Shown here one piece after another: positions 21,149 to 29,736 of a stretch of DNA of 64,000 bases. Where the stretch lies: the NCBI GenBank assembly GCA_045047115.1, contig JASFYR010000019.1, forward strand, positions 42,461 to 106,460. The letters are read 5' to 3'. This DNA comes from Sulfurospirillum sp. (GTDB lineage: Bacteria; Campylobacterota; Campylobacteria; Campylobacterales; Sulfurospirillaceae). The position numbers and the translations under genes are program-made. The notes under the pieces were generated by a model that saw nothing but the letters and a program-made list of their open reading frames with translations, was not told the origin of the DNA and ran no database searches. The number at the start of each line of letters is the position of its first letter. Within the stretch, counting starts at the first letter, position 1.

Positions 21149-21991
21149 CTAAGCTACAGAAACTATTTTTTTTTCATATGTATGGTGAATTTTCAGCATC
21201 TCATAGGCATATTGAATCTCTTGAAATTTTTTATTATAATAAGATTTTAATGATAGGTTTGAGATGCCAAGTCTATCCGGATGATACTGTTTGACCAATT
21301 TTAAGTATCTTTCTCTGATTACTCCAAAGGAATCAACTTTTTTACATCCTAGTACATTATAGTAGTCTTCGAGTAGGTTAAAAAGTGCAAAATATCTATT
21401 TTTCCTCGATTTTTTTTCATTTAGAACTAATTTGTATGTTTCTATTTCGTCAGGATTAAAGTTGAAATTCACAAAAGAACCAAGCAATTCTCTTTGTACT
21501 AATAAATTTTCCAACAATTCAACAGTCTTATTTGAATTTGGATATATAGTCATGATTCTTGTCTTGCTTCTATAAGAAATGAGATGATTTTTAAAATAAT
21601 TTTTTAGATATGTGACTAAAATAGAAAAATTTGTTTCAAAATGAAGGAGTATGACATAGTTGTCTTCTATTTTTATTTTAATATTGACATGTTGCGTGAT
21701 TTGATTTGCTTTTAGAAGAGAGAGTTTTATATTTTTGTTGTACGAATTCTTAATTTTTTCTAGCTCTTTTTTATTTGTATTTGTATTTTTTCTTTTATAT
21801 ATCTTGCTAATTAGTTTCAGAAAGTATCTTCTTTGAACTTTTTCATCACTTTCTTTAAAAACTATAATTTTCTCTTTTTTGCCTATTTTCTTTCTAAAAT
21901 GCTTTTCTATAAGATTTTGTAAAAAATAAAATGTTTTACTATCCTCTTGAATAGTTACTGCTATCATATCTCTGGAATAAGAAATTTGCAT
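21149..21991 (-). CDS. Protein with C-terminal DnaJ domain
   Basis: DYYNVLG...YHPD...FQEIQYAYE; GGAG RBS before ATG 21991. Confidence 0.85.
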   Translation of the reverse strand: MQISYSRDMIAVTIQEDSKTFYFLQNLIEKHFRKKIGKKEKIIVFKESDEKVQRRYFLKLISKIYKRKNTNTNKKELEKIKNSYNKNIKLSLLKANQITQHVNIKIKIEDNYVILLHFETNFSILVTYLKNYFKNHLISYRSKTRIMTIYPNSNKTVELLENLLVQRELLGSFVNFNFNPDEIETYKLVLNEKKSRKNRYFALFNLLEDYYNVLGCKKVDSFGVIRERYLKLVKQYHPDRLGISNLSLKSYYNKKFQEIQYAYEMLKIHHTYEKKIVSVA

Positions 21992-22048
21992 TTTATCTCC
22001 CGTAAGGTTAGTTATTAGACTAAATAAAGCAACTTCCATTCCAAAATA

Positions 22049-22780
22049 TCAGCTCCAAAACTCCTTTTCAAAGTCATTTGGATTATTTTGTAAAATTTCA
22101 AACGGTTTAAATCTGTCTTTATAGTTCAAGCTAGGGCAATCCTTGACATAGTAACCAAGGTAAATCCATCTTAAATTAAAATTTTTAGCCAATTGGATTT
22201 GCATATAGATAGAGTACCGACCGAGAGAATATTTTGAAAAATCTGGATCATAAAAGAAGTATATCGAAGAGATTCCATCATCCATAAAATCCACCAAATC
22301 AACCGCTACAAGTCTATCATCGATATAGTATAAAATCTCTTTACCAAATTTTTTTGCTCCGGTGATATAGAGTTCATGGTAGCTCTTGGGTTTTATTTCA
22401 TAAGATTTCCAACCTTTTTTTTGCTCCATATATTTATGGTATTTTTCATAAATTTCAAGATGCTCATTGGAGATAGTAGGTTTTTGTATAGTAAATACAG
22501 TGTTTGCATTTTTTTTGATTGTTTTTTTGGCATTTTTACTGAATGCATAGTTTTTTGCATCAATTCTAAGGCTTTTACACTCATTGCATGTAGAACATTG
22601 CGGTCTGGAGTAGTAGTTTCCAAACCTTCTCCAGCCCTTTTTGATTAGTTTATCATTTAAAATACTTGGGCAATTTTCTATATATTTGTATTGCATTCTC
22701 ACAAATCTGTCTTCTAGATAAGAGCACTCGGAGTCCAGTGTTGAAAACTCTATGATTTTAGATTGAATTCTATTTGTCAA
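22049..22780 (-). CDS. ATE1-family aminoacyl-tRNA--protein transferase (Ate/Bpt)
   Basis: CSYL, GWRRFG, C..C, SIYFFYDPD, SLG, YLGYYV. Confidence 0.9.
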   Translation of the reverse strand: MTNRIQSKIIEFSTLDSECSYLEDRFVRMQYKYIENCPSILNDKLIKKGWRRFGNYYSRPQCSTCNECKSLRIDAKNYAFSKNAKKTIKKNANTVFTIQKPTISNEHLEIYEKYHKYMEQKKGWKSYEIKPKSYHELYITGAKKFGKEILYYIDDRLVAVDLVDFMDDGISSIYFFYDPDFSKYSLGRYSIYMQIQLAKNFNLRWIYLGYYVKDCPSLNYKDRFKPFEILQNNPNDFEKEFWS

Positions 22781-22943
22781 GCTTCTTTATACCACTATCT
22801 TTTATAAAATTTATAAACTCATCTTTAAGTTTTTTCTCTTTTTCTTCTTTTATATCGCTTGCTCTTTTTTCATTTTCCATCTTTTCTTGTTCAGCCATCT
22901 CTTTTTTTAGATCTTTTAATTCATCAAATAGTATATTTTGCAT
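22770..22943 (-). CDS. Small coiled-coil hypothetical protein (start uncertain)
   Basis: MQNILFDELK...EFINFIKDSGIKKLDK, overlapping the next start. Confidence 0.6.
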   Translation of the reverse strand: MQNILFDELKDLKKEMAEQEKMENEKRASDIKEEKEKKLKDEFINFIKDSGIKKLDK

Positions 22944-23071
22944 CTTTACCACCATACTGTTTTTATAACTGACATAGTGCATAAGGTCAGTTATTTGTAT
23001 TATATCCAAAAATCAATTGAATTTTGGATATAATTGTGTATTTAAACACCCACTTATGCAAGGAGAGGTTG

Positions 23072-23365
23072 ATGAAGATTATATTTAATGCATTTAGTTT
23101 TTTAAGAAAAAAATTAAAAGAACAAAATATTCCCTATGTTGAGGCTTCATTAGAGTTTCCAGATAATTTTACTCCTCAAAAAATAATAGAAAAATTTGGT
23201 TTTAAAGATTCAGAAGTAGAGGCTGTATTTATCAATAGAAAAGTACAACCAAAAGATACTCTCCTTCATGACGGAGATAGAATAGCCCTGTTGCCCCCAG
23301 GAACACCTGGTTCTTATAGGTTAATTTTAGGTATAAAAAAAATAGAAGAGAAAGACAAAAAATGA
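23072..23365 (+). CDS. MoaD/ThiS-like beta-grasp protein without terminal GG
   Basis: VFIN...LHDGDRIALLPP followed by GTPGSYR tail; AGGAGAGG RBS. Confidence 0.8.
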   Translation: MKIIFNAFSFLRKKLKEQNIPYVEASLEFPDNFTPQKIIEKFGFKDSEVEAVFINRKVQPKDTLLHDGDRIALLPPGTPGSYRLILGIKKIEEKDKK

Positions 23366-23387
23366 GCTAAAGAAGGAGGAGAGGGCT

Positions 23388-23630
23388 TTAGCCCCCTCCA
23401 ATTTTTGGAAAAACGGCAAGTATCTGTTCATCTTGCAAAACATAATCTTCTTGCATATGTCTTCCGTTGACCATCAAAACTCCGATTGGTAGTTTTCCCA
23501 AATCAAGCCCTATATCATTAAGCACATCTTTAATAGTGGAGTTTTTTGCATAACTCCTTTTTTCCACCTTGAATTTGCCCTCTCTGTATTGGGCGAAGAG
23601 TTTGACTGTTATATGTATCATCTCTGGCAT
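23388..23630 (-). CDS. MoaD/ThiS sulfur carrier
   Basis: VKLFA, MVNG, FPKIGGG C-terminus; coupled to aor. Confidence 0.88.
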   Translation of the reverse strand: MPEMIHITVKLFAQYREGKFKVEKRSYAKNSTIKDVLNDIGLDLGKLPIGVLMVNGRHMQEDYVLQDEQILAVFPKIGGG

Positions 23631-25366
23631 TAAAAATTCCAGAACTCATCTATCTCTTCATTTGTAAAGTCCCAAATAGCACCTGTTGGTGGCAAAGCCT
23701 CGTATTTCATAAACTCAGGGATTCTATCATCTGCGCTTGTAAGTCCGGCTTTTAGATTAAACTCATGCTCAATTTTGAGTATATTCTTACCAAGATTTGT
23801 TACATCGTCTCCTGTAAGTTTTGCACCAAATCTAGCATTTATCATGTCTATCAAAGCAGGTAAGCATTTCGGATCATCGAGTGCAGGAAATGCAACAAAT
23901 ATACACATACCGGTACTATCAACTGCAGCAGAGGCAATTTGTAGGTTACGAGAGAGCTCAACCTGACCATCTTTTTTGAGTGGATCGATATATCCACCAC
24001 TGTTTAGTATGTTTGTAGCAACCGCATACCCGGCTGTGTGGTCGGCACCCATAGGAGTTGTAACATAGGTGATTCCTTGACCTTTGACAGCTCTTGGCTC
24101 ATAAGCAGGGATACTTTGGTTTTTAACAACAGGGACTCTTACTAAGCCATAAAGTTTTCCAAGATTCCCGGCACCTGCTCCTATAATTCTGCCAAGTGGC
24201 GTACCGCTTGCCACATCATTTGCAAGAATCTCGTAAGCTCTTATTCCATCACCAAATTTTATAAGTCCTGCATCAACAGCTACACCAAAGGTTACTCCGG
24301 TCTCGATAGCATCAACTCCCAAATCATCCATTAAATGATCTATTTTTGCTATTTGGTCTAAATCATCGATACCAAAGTTTGCACCAAATGCCCATATCAT
24401 TTCATACTCGAAACCTGATGTCAGATACTTTCCTTCTTTATCATTATAGACTTGAGAACACTGTATGACACATCCGGCATGACAACCGTGTGTAGTTTTA
24501 CCGCCTCTTTCTTTGATATTTTCAGCCATTGTTTCACCACAGATGTCTTCGGCATTTTCTGAATTTCCTGATCTAAAGTTGTGTGACGGCAAAGCTCCTG
24601 CTTCATTGATGATGTTTACAAGTACATTCGTGCCAAATGCCGGTAAACCTTCACCACTGATTGGGTTTTCTTTAAGGGCTTGTGTAAAGATTTTACTGGC
24701 TTCTTTAAATTTTTCAGGGTCAGCTATATGAGCTTCTTTATAGTTTTCGGCATCTACAGTTATGCATTTTATCTTCTTAGAGCCCATAACAGCACCTAGT
24801 CCACCACGACCATGACTCCTTAGTTTGCCTTGAGGATCTTTGACAGATATGTTCGAAATGAGCATTTTTTGCTCACCCGGCCGTCCTATGCTCATAACAG
24901 CTACTTTTTTACTGTATTTTTCCATCATAGCATCAAGAACAGCAAAGTTGTCTTTACCTACCAACTCAGGAACAGCCTCAATCAAAACTTTCTCTTTCGT
25001 TACATGTATATGATAAAAAGTGGAGTCATCTTCAGGAATTCCCTCTATGATAAGGGCTTTTACACCAAGTTTTGCCATGATGCCGGCACTCGTGCCTCCA
25101 ACATTGCTCTCTTTGATACCGCCGGTCAAAGGACTTTTTGCGCCAAGAGAGTTTCTCCCGCTGTTTGCAGCGCTTGTTCCGGAGAGTAATCCAGGAGCAA
25201 ATACCATCTTGTTATTTGGTCCAAGAGGATGACATTCGGGATCAACTTCAGTAGCCACGACAGTAGAAGTAAGTCCTCTACCACCAAGTCCCAGCCACTC
25301 CTCTGGTACATCCTCTATCTTATAGGTAAGATTGGACATATCCACTCTGTAAATTTTGTCTGACAT
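23630..25366 (-). CDS. aor: Aldehyde:ferredoxin oxidoreductase (tungsten AOR family)
   Basis: GLGGRGL, AKSPLTGGIKES..GG, GRGGLGAVMGSKK, C..GC...C, EYE, D.LG.D, GADH. Confidence 0.92.
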   Translation of the reverse strand: MSDKIYRVDMSNLTYKIEDVPEEWLGLGGRGLTSTVVATEVDPECHPLGPNNKMVFAPGLLSGTSAANSGRNSLGAKSPLTGGIKESNVGGTSAGIMAKLGVKALIIEGIPEDDSTFYHIHVTKEKVLIEAVPELVGKDNFAVLDAMMEKYSKKVAVMSIGRPGEQKMLISNISVKDPQGKLRSHGRGGLGAVMGSKKIKCITVDAENYKEAHIADPEKFKEASKIFTQALKENPISGEGLPAFGTNVLVNIINEAGALPSHNFRSGNSENAEDICGETMAENIKERGGKTTHGCHAGCVIQCSQVYNDKEGKYLTSGFEYEMIWAFGANFGIDDLDQIAKIDHLMDDLGVDAIETGVTFGVAVDAGLIKFGDGIRAYEILANDVASGTPLGRIIGAGAGNLGKLYGLVRVPVVKNQSIPAYEPRAVKGQGITYVTTPMGADHTAGYAVATNILNSGGYIDPLKKDGQVELSRNLQIASAAVDSTGMCIFVAFPALDDPKCLPALIDMINARFGAKLTGDDVTNLGKNILKIEHEFNLKAGLTSADDRIPEFMKYEALPPTGAIWDFTNEEIDEFWNF

Positions 25367-25439
25367 ATAATCTCCTTCTATTAATTTTTATATATTATAT
25401 GTTAAATCATTTAAAAGTACATAAAAGTTGCAAAAAAAT

Positions 25440-25482
25440 TGTAAAATTAGAATATGCGATTTTTGCATATTCTAATTTTACA
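25440..25482 (-). terminator. 18-bp perfect inverted repeat after xerH
   Basis: TGTAAAATTAGAATATGC-7nt-GCATATTCTAATTTTACA, 5 nt from the xerH stop. Confidence 0.7.
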
Positions 25483-25486
25483 CACT

Positions 25487-26527
25487 TTAGTAAATATCTG
25501 TTGTCTTTTTTAACTTTTCTTTATCGAAGTGGGTATAGATTCTAGATGTATTTATATCAGCATGACCAAGTGATTCTTGCACAAGTATGAGGTCATGACT
25601 TTTTTGATAAAGCAAAGTTGCAAAAGTATGTCTTAGCATGTGAGCGCCATTTTTTTCTTTTTTAATACCGGCGCTCATCAGAATTTTTTCAACAATTCTG
25701 CTTATGTATGCCTGGGTCAGTTTTCTGCCAAATTTATTGCAAAAGAGTAGGTTGTTTTCGCAAACTCTTTTGCCTAAGTAGTTACTTAAATCATGCTCTA
25801 TTATACCTTTTTTAATCATCACAACTCTTGGTTTGTTTCCTTTGCCTCTGACTTGTATGGTATAAAAATCATCTTGGGCATATATATCTTTCAAACAGAT
25901 TCCCAAAGCTTCACCAACTCTAATTCCGGTGTAGAGTATAATTTTTATGAGCAATCTGTTTCTAGAGAGAGTTTTTGGACTGAATTTATAAGCATCTATA
26001 GCTTGAATAAATTTTTTGACTTCATCTTTTTGCATATGAGAGGGCAGTTTTTCTCCACTTTTGCCACCAAGTCCTCCCCAATTTTTCAGCTCAATCAAAA
26101 AGCTGAATTTTTCATCATTTTGCTTATCTAAGAAGCCAAAAAAGCCCAAGAGTGCTATGCGATAATTTTTCTTTGTTGCATCTGAAAGTGTTGAAGTCTC
26201 AATGGCCAAAAATTCACTCAAAAACTCTTCATCTGTCTCTTTGAGAGATTTTGCTCCATAATTTGATATATAATTGAAAAGTTTTTCAAGCGGTATAAAA
26301 TACATATGTATGCCGTTTATGCCTACATTTCTTATCTTTTTTACCAAATCTTTCAAATCTTTTAAATTCTCTACATGTAGAGTTAGATTTTGAAGATACA
26401 GAGCCAGTGCCTCTTTGTCGTTTACTTGACGGTTAGACAAGGTGGTGACTTTGTACTTGATAAATCGACTGATCCAGAAAAGAAGGGACTTTTCTATGGT
26501 ATTTTCTATATCAATGGAGTATTTCAC
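25487..26527 (-). CDS. xerH: Tyrosine recombinase XerH
   Basis: TGIRVGE, GKGNK.R, KNGAHMLRH.FAT, LGHA...SRIYTH; XerH-type N-terminus; adjacent difH site. Confidence 0.92.
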   Translation of the reverse strand: MKYSIDIENTIEKSLLFWISRFIKYKVTTLSNRQVNDKEALALYLQNLTLHVENLKDLKDLVKKIRNVGINGIHMYFIPLEKLFNYISNYGAKSLKETDEEFLSEFLAIETSTLSDATKKNYRIALLGFFGFLDKQNDEKFSFLIELKNWGGLGGKSGEKLPSHMQKDEVKKFIQAIDAYKFSPKTLSRNRLLIKIILYTGIRVGEALGICLKDIYAQDDFYTIQVRGKGNKPRVVMIKKGIIEHDLSNYLGKRVCENNLLFCNKFGRKLTQAYISRIVEKILMSAGIKKEKNGAHMLRHTFATLLYQKSHDLILVQESLGHADINTSRIYTHFDKEKLKKTTDIY

Positions 26528-26539
26528 AATATAACCTTT

Positions 26540-26569
26540 TAGTATTGGAAACTATAATTTCCAAACTAT
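26540..26569 (+). other. difH site, copy 1 (attL-like)
   Basis: TAGTATTGGAAAC-TATAAT-TTCCAAACTAT resembles H. pylori difH as recalled (TAGTTATGAAAAC-TGCACT-TTTCAAACTTT); next to xerH. Confidence 0.85.
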
Positions 26570-26830
26570 TATATCATGATAACCTTTTAAAAACTTTACA
26601 CAAAAAATAAATCTTTGCATAATCAATTACACGAGCAACAAAAAGACAGAAATAATAATAAAACGCGTAGTAAGAAGAATTTACGGCAAGATTACAACAA
26701 ATTAGGCTTTTATAATTTCTTTAAGTAAAATTGCGCTAGCAAAATAAAAGCCCTTAAATGGGCTCCTATGGCTTAAATTATACTTAATTTAGTAAAATAT
26801 GCTATAATTTCCAAAAATATAGGATGTAGC

Positions 26831-27226
26831 ATGTTATTAACAACTAAAAGTACTTTTATGCCATACTTTGATTTTTTTCAAGTTGCAAACAAAGAGTACG
26901 AAAAGAAACCATCATTTTTAAGCAAAAAAATATTATCTATCATTGCCAATAATTTACATAAGCAATATATTGAAATAGAAAAAATAATCATAGACTTAGA
27001 TAAGTACAGTGTTGATCACTTGAATTTATTGTGTGATGAACTTTATGACAGCCTTGATGAAATCAAGTTATTAAAATCAAAAATCAAAAATAGCAATAGA
27101 AATAATTTTGAATATGAAAATTTATACAACAATGCTGATGATTTGCACAACTTAATTTTAACGCTTATTGAAAAAACAACATCTAAAGAAATACACGAAC
27201 TTAAAAATAAAAACCATGCAGCCTAA
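26831..27226 (+). CDS. Hypothetical helical protein, putative antitoxin
   Basis: TGcTATAAT and AGGA upstream; overlaps the downstream toxin-like gene. Confidence 0.6.
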   Translation: MLLTTKSTFMPYFDFFQVANKEYEKKPSFLSKKILSIIANNLHKQYIEIEKIIIDLDKYSVDHLNLLCDELYDSLDEIKLLKSKIKNSNRNNFEYENLYNNADDLHNLILTLIEKTTSKEIHELKNKNHAA

Positions 27227-27515
27227 ATATGAGATTATAAAAACATCAGACTACAAGAGAACCAGTAATAAATATATCAAAAGAAGAATATTAAAGATAC
27301 AAGAGATAGAAACTTGTGTACAAAAACTAATAATAGACAAACATGATCCAAAGTTAAATTTTAAGAAGATAAACTGCAAGCAAGATAAAAACCGATATTC
27401 AATAAAAATAAACAATCAAGGATATAGAGTTCTTTTAAGCATAATTGAAAATGAAATATTTTTAAGATGTATATGTGATCACGATGAATATGACAGACGA
27501 AACAAAGATTGCTAA
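27216..27515 (+). CDS. RelE/YafQ-superfamily toxin-like protein
   Basis: 99 aa, basic; pattern P.L..KK...YSIKIN..YRVLL...L..I.DHDEY. Confidence 0.65.
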   Translation: MQPKYEIIKTSDYKRTSNKYIKRRILKIQEIETCVQKLIIDKHDPKLNFKKINCKQDKNRYSIKINNQGYRVLLSIIENEIFLRCICDHDEYDRRNKDC

Positions 27516-27713
27516 TAAATTATTCAAGCTAAAAACGAACCTTGCTACATCACCACAGTAATACTTATCATAGAAAAAATGAAACCATAAGAAGTAAAAA
27601 TGTTCTTACTGTTATCTCAATATACTTGTCGCTAGAAATCTATTTGGCTTAGGCAAAGAGAAAATAGAATTTATGAATCACTCATCCCTTCAAATAGGAA
27701 CCTTTTGCCCAAA

Positions 27714-27743
27714 AGCGGTACAAAACTATAATTTCCAAACTTT
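27714..27743 (+). other. difH site, copy 2 (attR-like, degenerate left arm)
   Basis: AGCGGTACAAAAC-TATAAT-TTCCAAACTTT. Confidence 0.75.
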
Positions 27744-27757
27744 ATAATTATATCGAC

Positions 27758-28285
27758 TTAAAGCTTAAATGTATTTATTGGTGGTGTATTGATCTTGTGT
27801 TTTTTGGGATAGTCAAAAAATAGAATTTTACCCGTTCCCTCTTTAATTTTCTTAAAACTATCTATATCAAATTCTATACAAACGATAGAACAGGTTGGCA
27901 TATTTGTTAAAATTGCACCGCTTAAAATTTCTCCGACTTCTGTAATGGTTGGGTTATGGGCTACAATAAAAACAGAGTCTATGCTCTTTTCAAGTGAGTC
28001 AAGTATATAGCGATAGGTTTGATATGAACTCTCATATAAAGAGTCTATATAGGATATTTTGGATTTCTCATAGCCTATGGTTTGTGCTATCTCTGTGGCA
28101 GTTGTCTTTGCTCTTTTGGCAGGACTTGAAATTATGAGGTCCGGCATGATAGAAAAAAATTTCAATCTTTTTGCCATAAAATCCAAGTCAGCTCTGCCTC
28201 TTTTGTTTAGTATTCTCTCGAAGTCACTTTTGCCCTCTTCTTTCCAGCTTGATTTGGCGTGTCTTATAAGGTATATTTTTTTCAT
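27758..28285 (-). CDS. sixA: Histidine phosphatase, SixA-like
   Basis: LIRHAKS, D.ER.LN.RG, SSPAKRA..T, VAHNP. Confidence 0.88.
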   Translation of the reverse strand: MKKIYLIRHAKSSWKEEGKSDFERILNKRGRADLDFMAKRLKFFSIMPDLIISSPAKRAKTTATEIAQTIGYEKSKISYIDSLYESSYQTYRYILDSLEKSIDSVFIVAHNPTITEVGEILSGAILTNMPTCSIVCIEFDIDSFKKIKEGTGKILFFDYPKKHKINTPPINTFKL

Positions 28286-28301
28286 GGTGAAATTATACAC
28301 T

Positions 28302-28583
28302 TTAGTATATAAAATTTTCCAAAATCCATTTTTTTATCAACCTTCGGTTGACTGCAAAAAACGGAAGTTCAAATCTCAGCATAGTTTCTGCTCTTTTTAT
28401 GCTGTATTCATCTTCTATGTTTAGATCATTTGCAATGCTTTGAAGCATCAAAAGCATCTGTTTGTTTGAGTTTGTATCAAATTTTTCACTCCCCTCCTCT
28501 GCAAAAAACTTAGATATATCATATGATGCACTGTCATTTTCATACTCGAACTGCAACATTTTTTCCTCTACATATAAAGCCAT
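28302..28583 (-). CDS. Hypothetical protein
   Basis: 93-aa ORF with AAGG RBS, co-oriented with sixA. Confidence 0.65.
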   Translation of the reverse strand: MALYVEEKMLQFEYENDSASYDISKFFAEEGSEKFDTNSNKQMLLMLQSIANDLNIEDEYSIKRAETMLRFELPFFAVNRRLIKKWILENFIY

Positions 28584-28647
28584 TTTTTTACCTTATGATA
28601 TAATACTTCTAGTTCAACAATTATACACAACTATTGCTGAGGAGTCT

Positions 28648-29736
28648 ATGATGTATTTTAAGAAGTGGAAAGACCACAGGGGATACACCCTAGGGGCAGA
28701 ATTGGAGGCGAGGATTCAGGATTCACAGAGTTTTGAGCTGAAAAACTACTCATCTGTTATAAGAGAGAGGTTTAGTGACGAATACAGACAAAAGATACAT
28801 CAAGAGTTTCTTGAATGTATGGTGGAGTTTGTAAGTCCGGTTTGTGAAAGCTCTTTTGAGGTTATAAGAGAACTTAAAGAGCAGATTTTATATCTCAAAG
28901 AGATAATCAAAGATGATGGTATTACCATAGCTACTTCAGGTTCACACTCCTATAAAATAGGAGCATTGGAGCATGTAAACGAAAAGAGATATGATGATTT
29001 TGCAGATGAATACGGTATATTGCTCTCCCGTTTTCATATCTGTGGTTTTCATATACATGTAGCTCTAAAATCCTCAGTAGAAGCTATGAGGGCATACAAC
29101 TTTTCACTCGAATTTCTACCCATTTTTTTAGCTCTTAGTGCAAACTCTCCATACTTTAATGGTGAAGATGCAAGGCTTTTGTCTTATCGTGCAAAGATAT
29201 TTGAGCAGCTTCCGCGAGCCGGGCAATCTAGCTATTTTGAAAATTTTTCGCAAATGAAAGAGTTATACGAAAAAATGAATCAAGCAGGCAGTGTAAAAAG
29301 TGCCAAAGATATCTGGTGGGACTTACGAATCAGTCCAAAATTTGGAACTTTGGAGATAAGGATATGTGATGCCAGTAGCGACTTTGAAAGGCTTAGGCTT
29401 TTGATTGTCTTATTTCAGGCGCTATGTCTTTTTGCTCAAAATCAAGAGCTAAGAAGAATTCCACATCAGATTTTACTGCAAAACAGATGGAATGCTTTGA
29501 GACACGGACTAGATGGACTCTTTCAAAACAATGATGTCATAACTACGGTAAGAGAGCATTTTTTAGATTTAGTAAATCGTATGGAAAAAAGTGGTATATT
29601 TTCAAAATTAGAAACCCAGGATGATATAGCCAAACTCAAAGATTTGGCTTATCGAGATGAGCTGGCAAAAAAACAACTCAAAGTCTATGAAGATACAAAA
29701 GATTTCAAAGAAGTGGAGAAACTAGGGGTATTATGA
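28648..29736 (+). CDS. YbdK-family carboxylate-amine ligase (glutamate-cysteine ligase 2)
   Basis: TLGAELE, CGFHIHV, ALSANSPY, SYR, WWDLR.SP.FGTLEIRICD; GAGGAG RBS. Confidence 0.9.
   Translation: MMYFKKWKDHRGYTLGAELEARIQDSQSFELKNYSSVIRERFSDEYRQKIHQEFLECMVEFVSPVCESSFEVIRELKEQILYLKEIIKDDGITIATSGSHSYKIGALEHVNEKRYDDFADEYGILLSRFHICGFHIHVALKSSVEAMRAYNFSLEFLPIFLALSANSPYFNGEDARLLSYRAKIFEQLPRAGQSSYFENFSQMKELYEKMNQAGSVKSAKDIWWDLRISPKFGTLEIRICDASSDFERLRLLIVLFQALCLFAQNQELRRIPHQILLQNRWNALRHGLDGLFQNNDVITTVREHFLDLVNRMEKSGIFSKLETQDDIAKLKDLAYRDELAKKQLKVYEDTKDFKEVEKLGVL

Larger units (their letters stand above)
26553..27726. mobile_element. 1,174-bp dif-integrated cassette carrying a putative TA pair
   Basis: Flanked by 19-bp direct repeat AAACTATAATTTCCAAACT (26549-67, 27723-41); very A-rich cargo. 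Confidence 0.75.

Noticed and set aside
25487..26527. Prophage or ICE integrase
   Set aside because: Sequence and adjacent dif fit housekeeping XerH; no phage or conjugation genes nearby.
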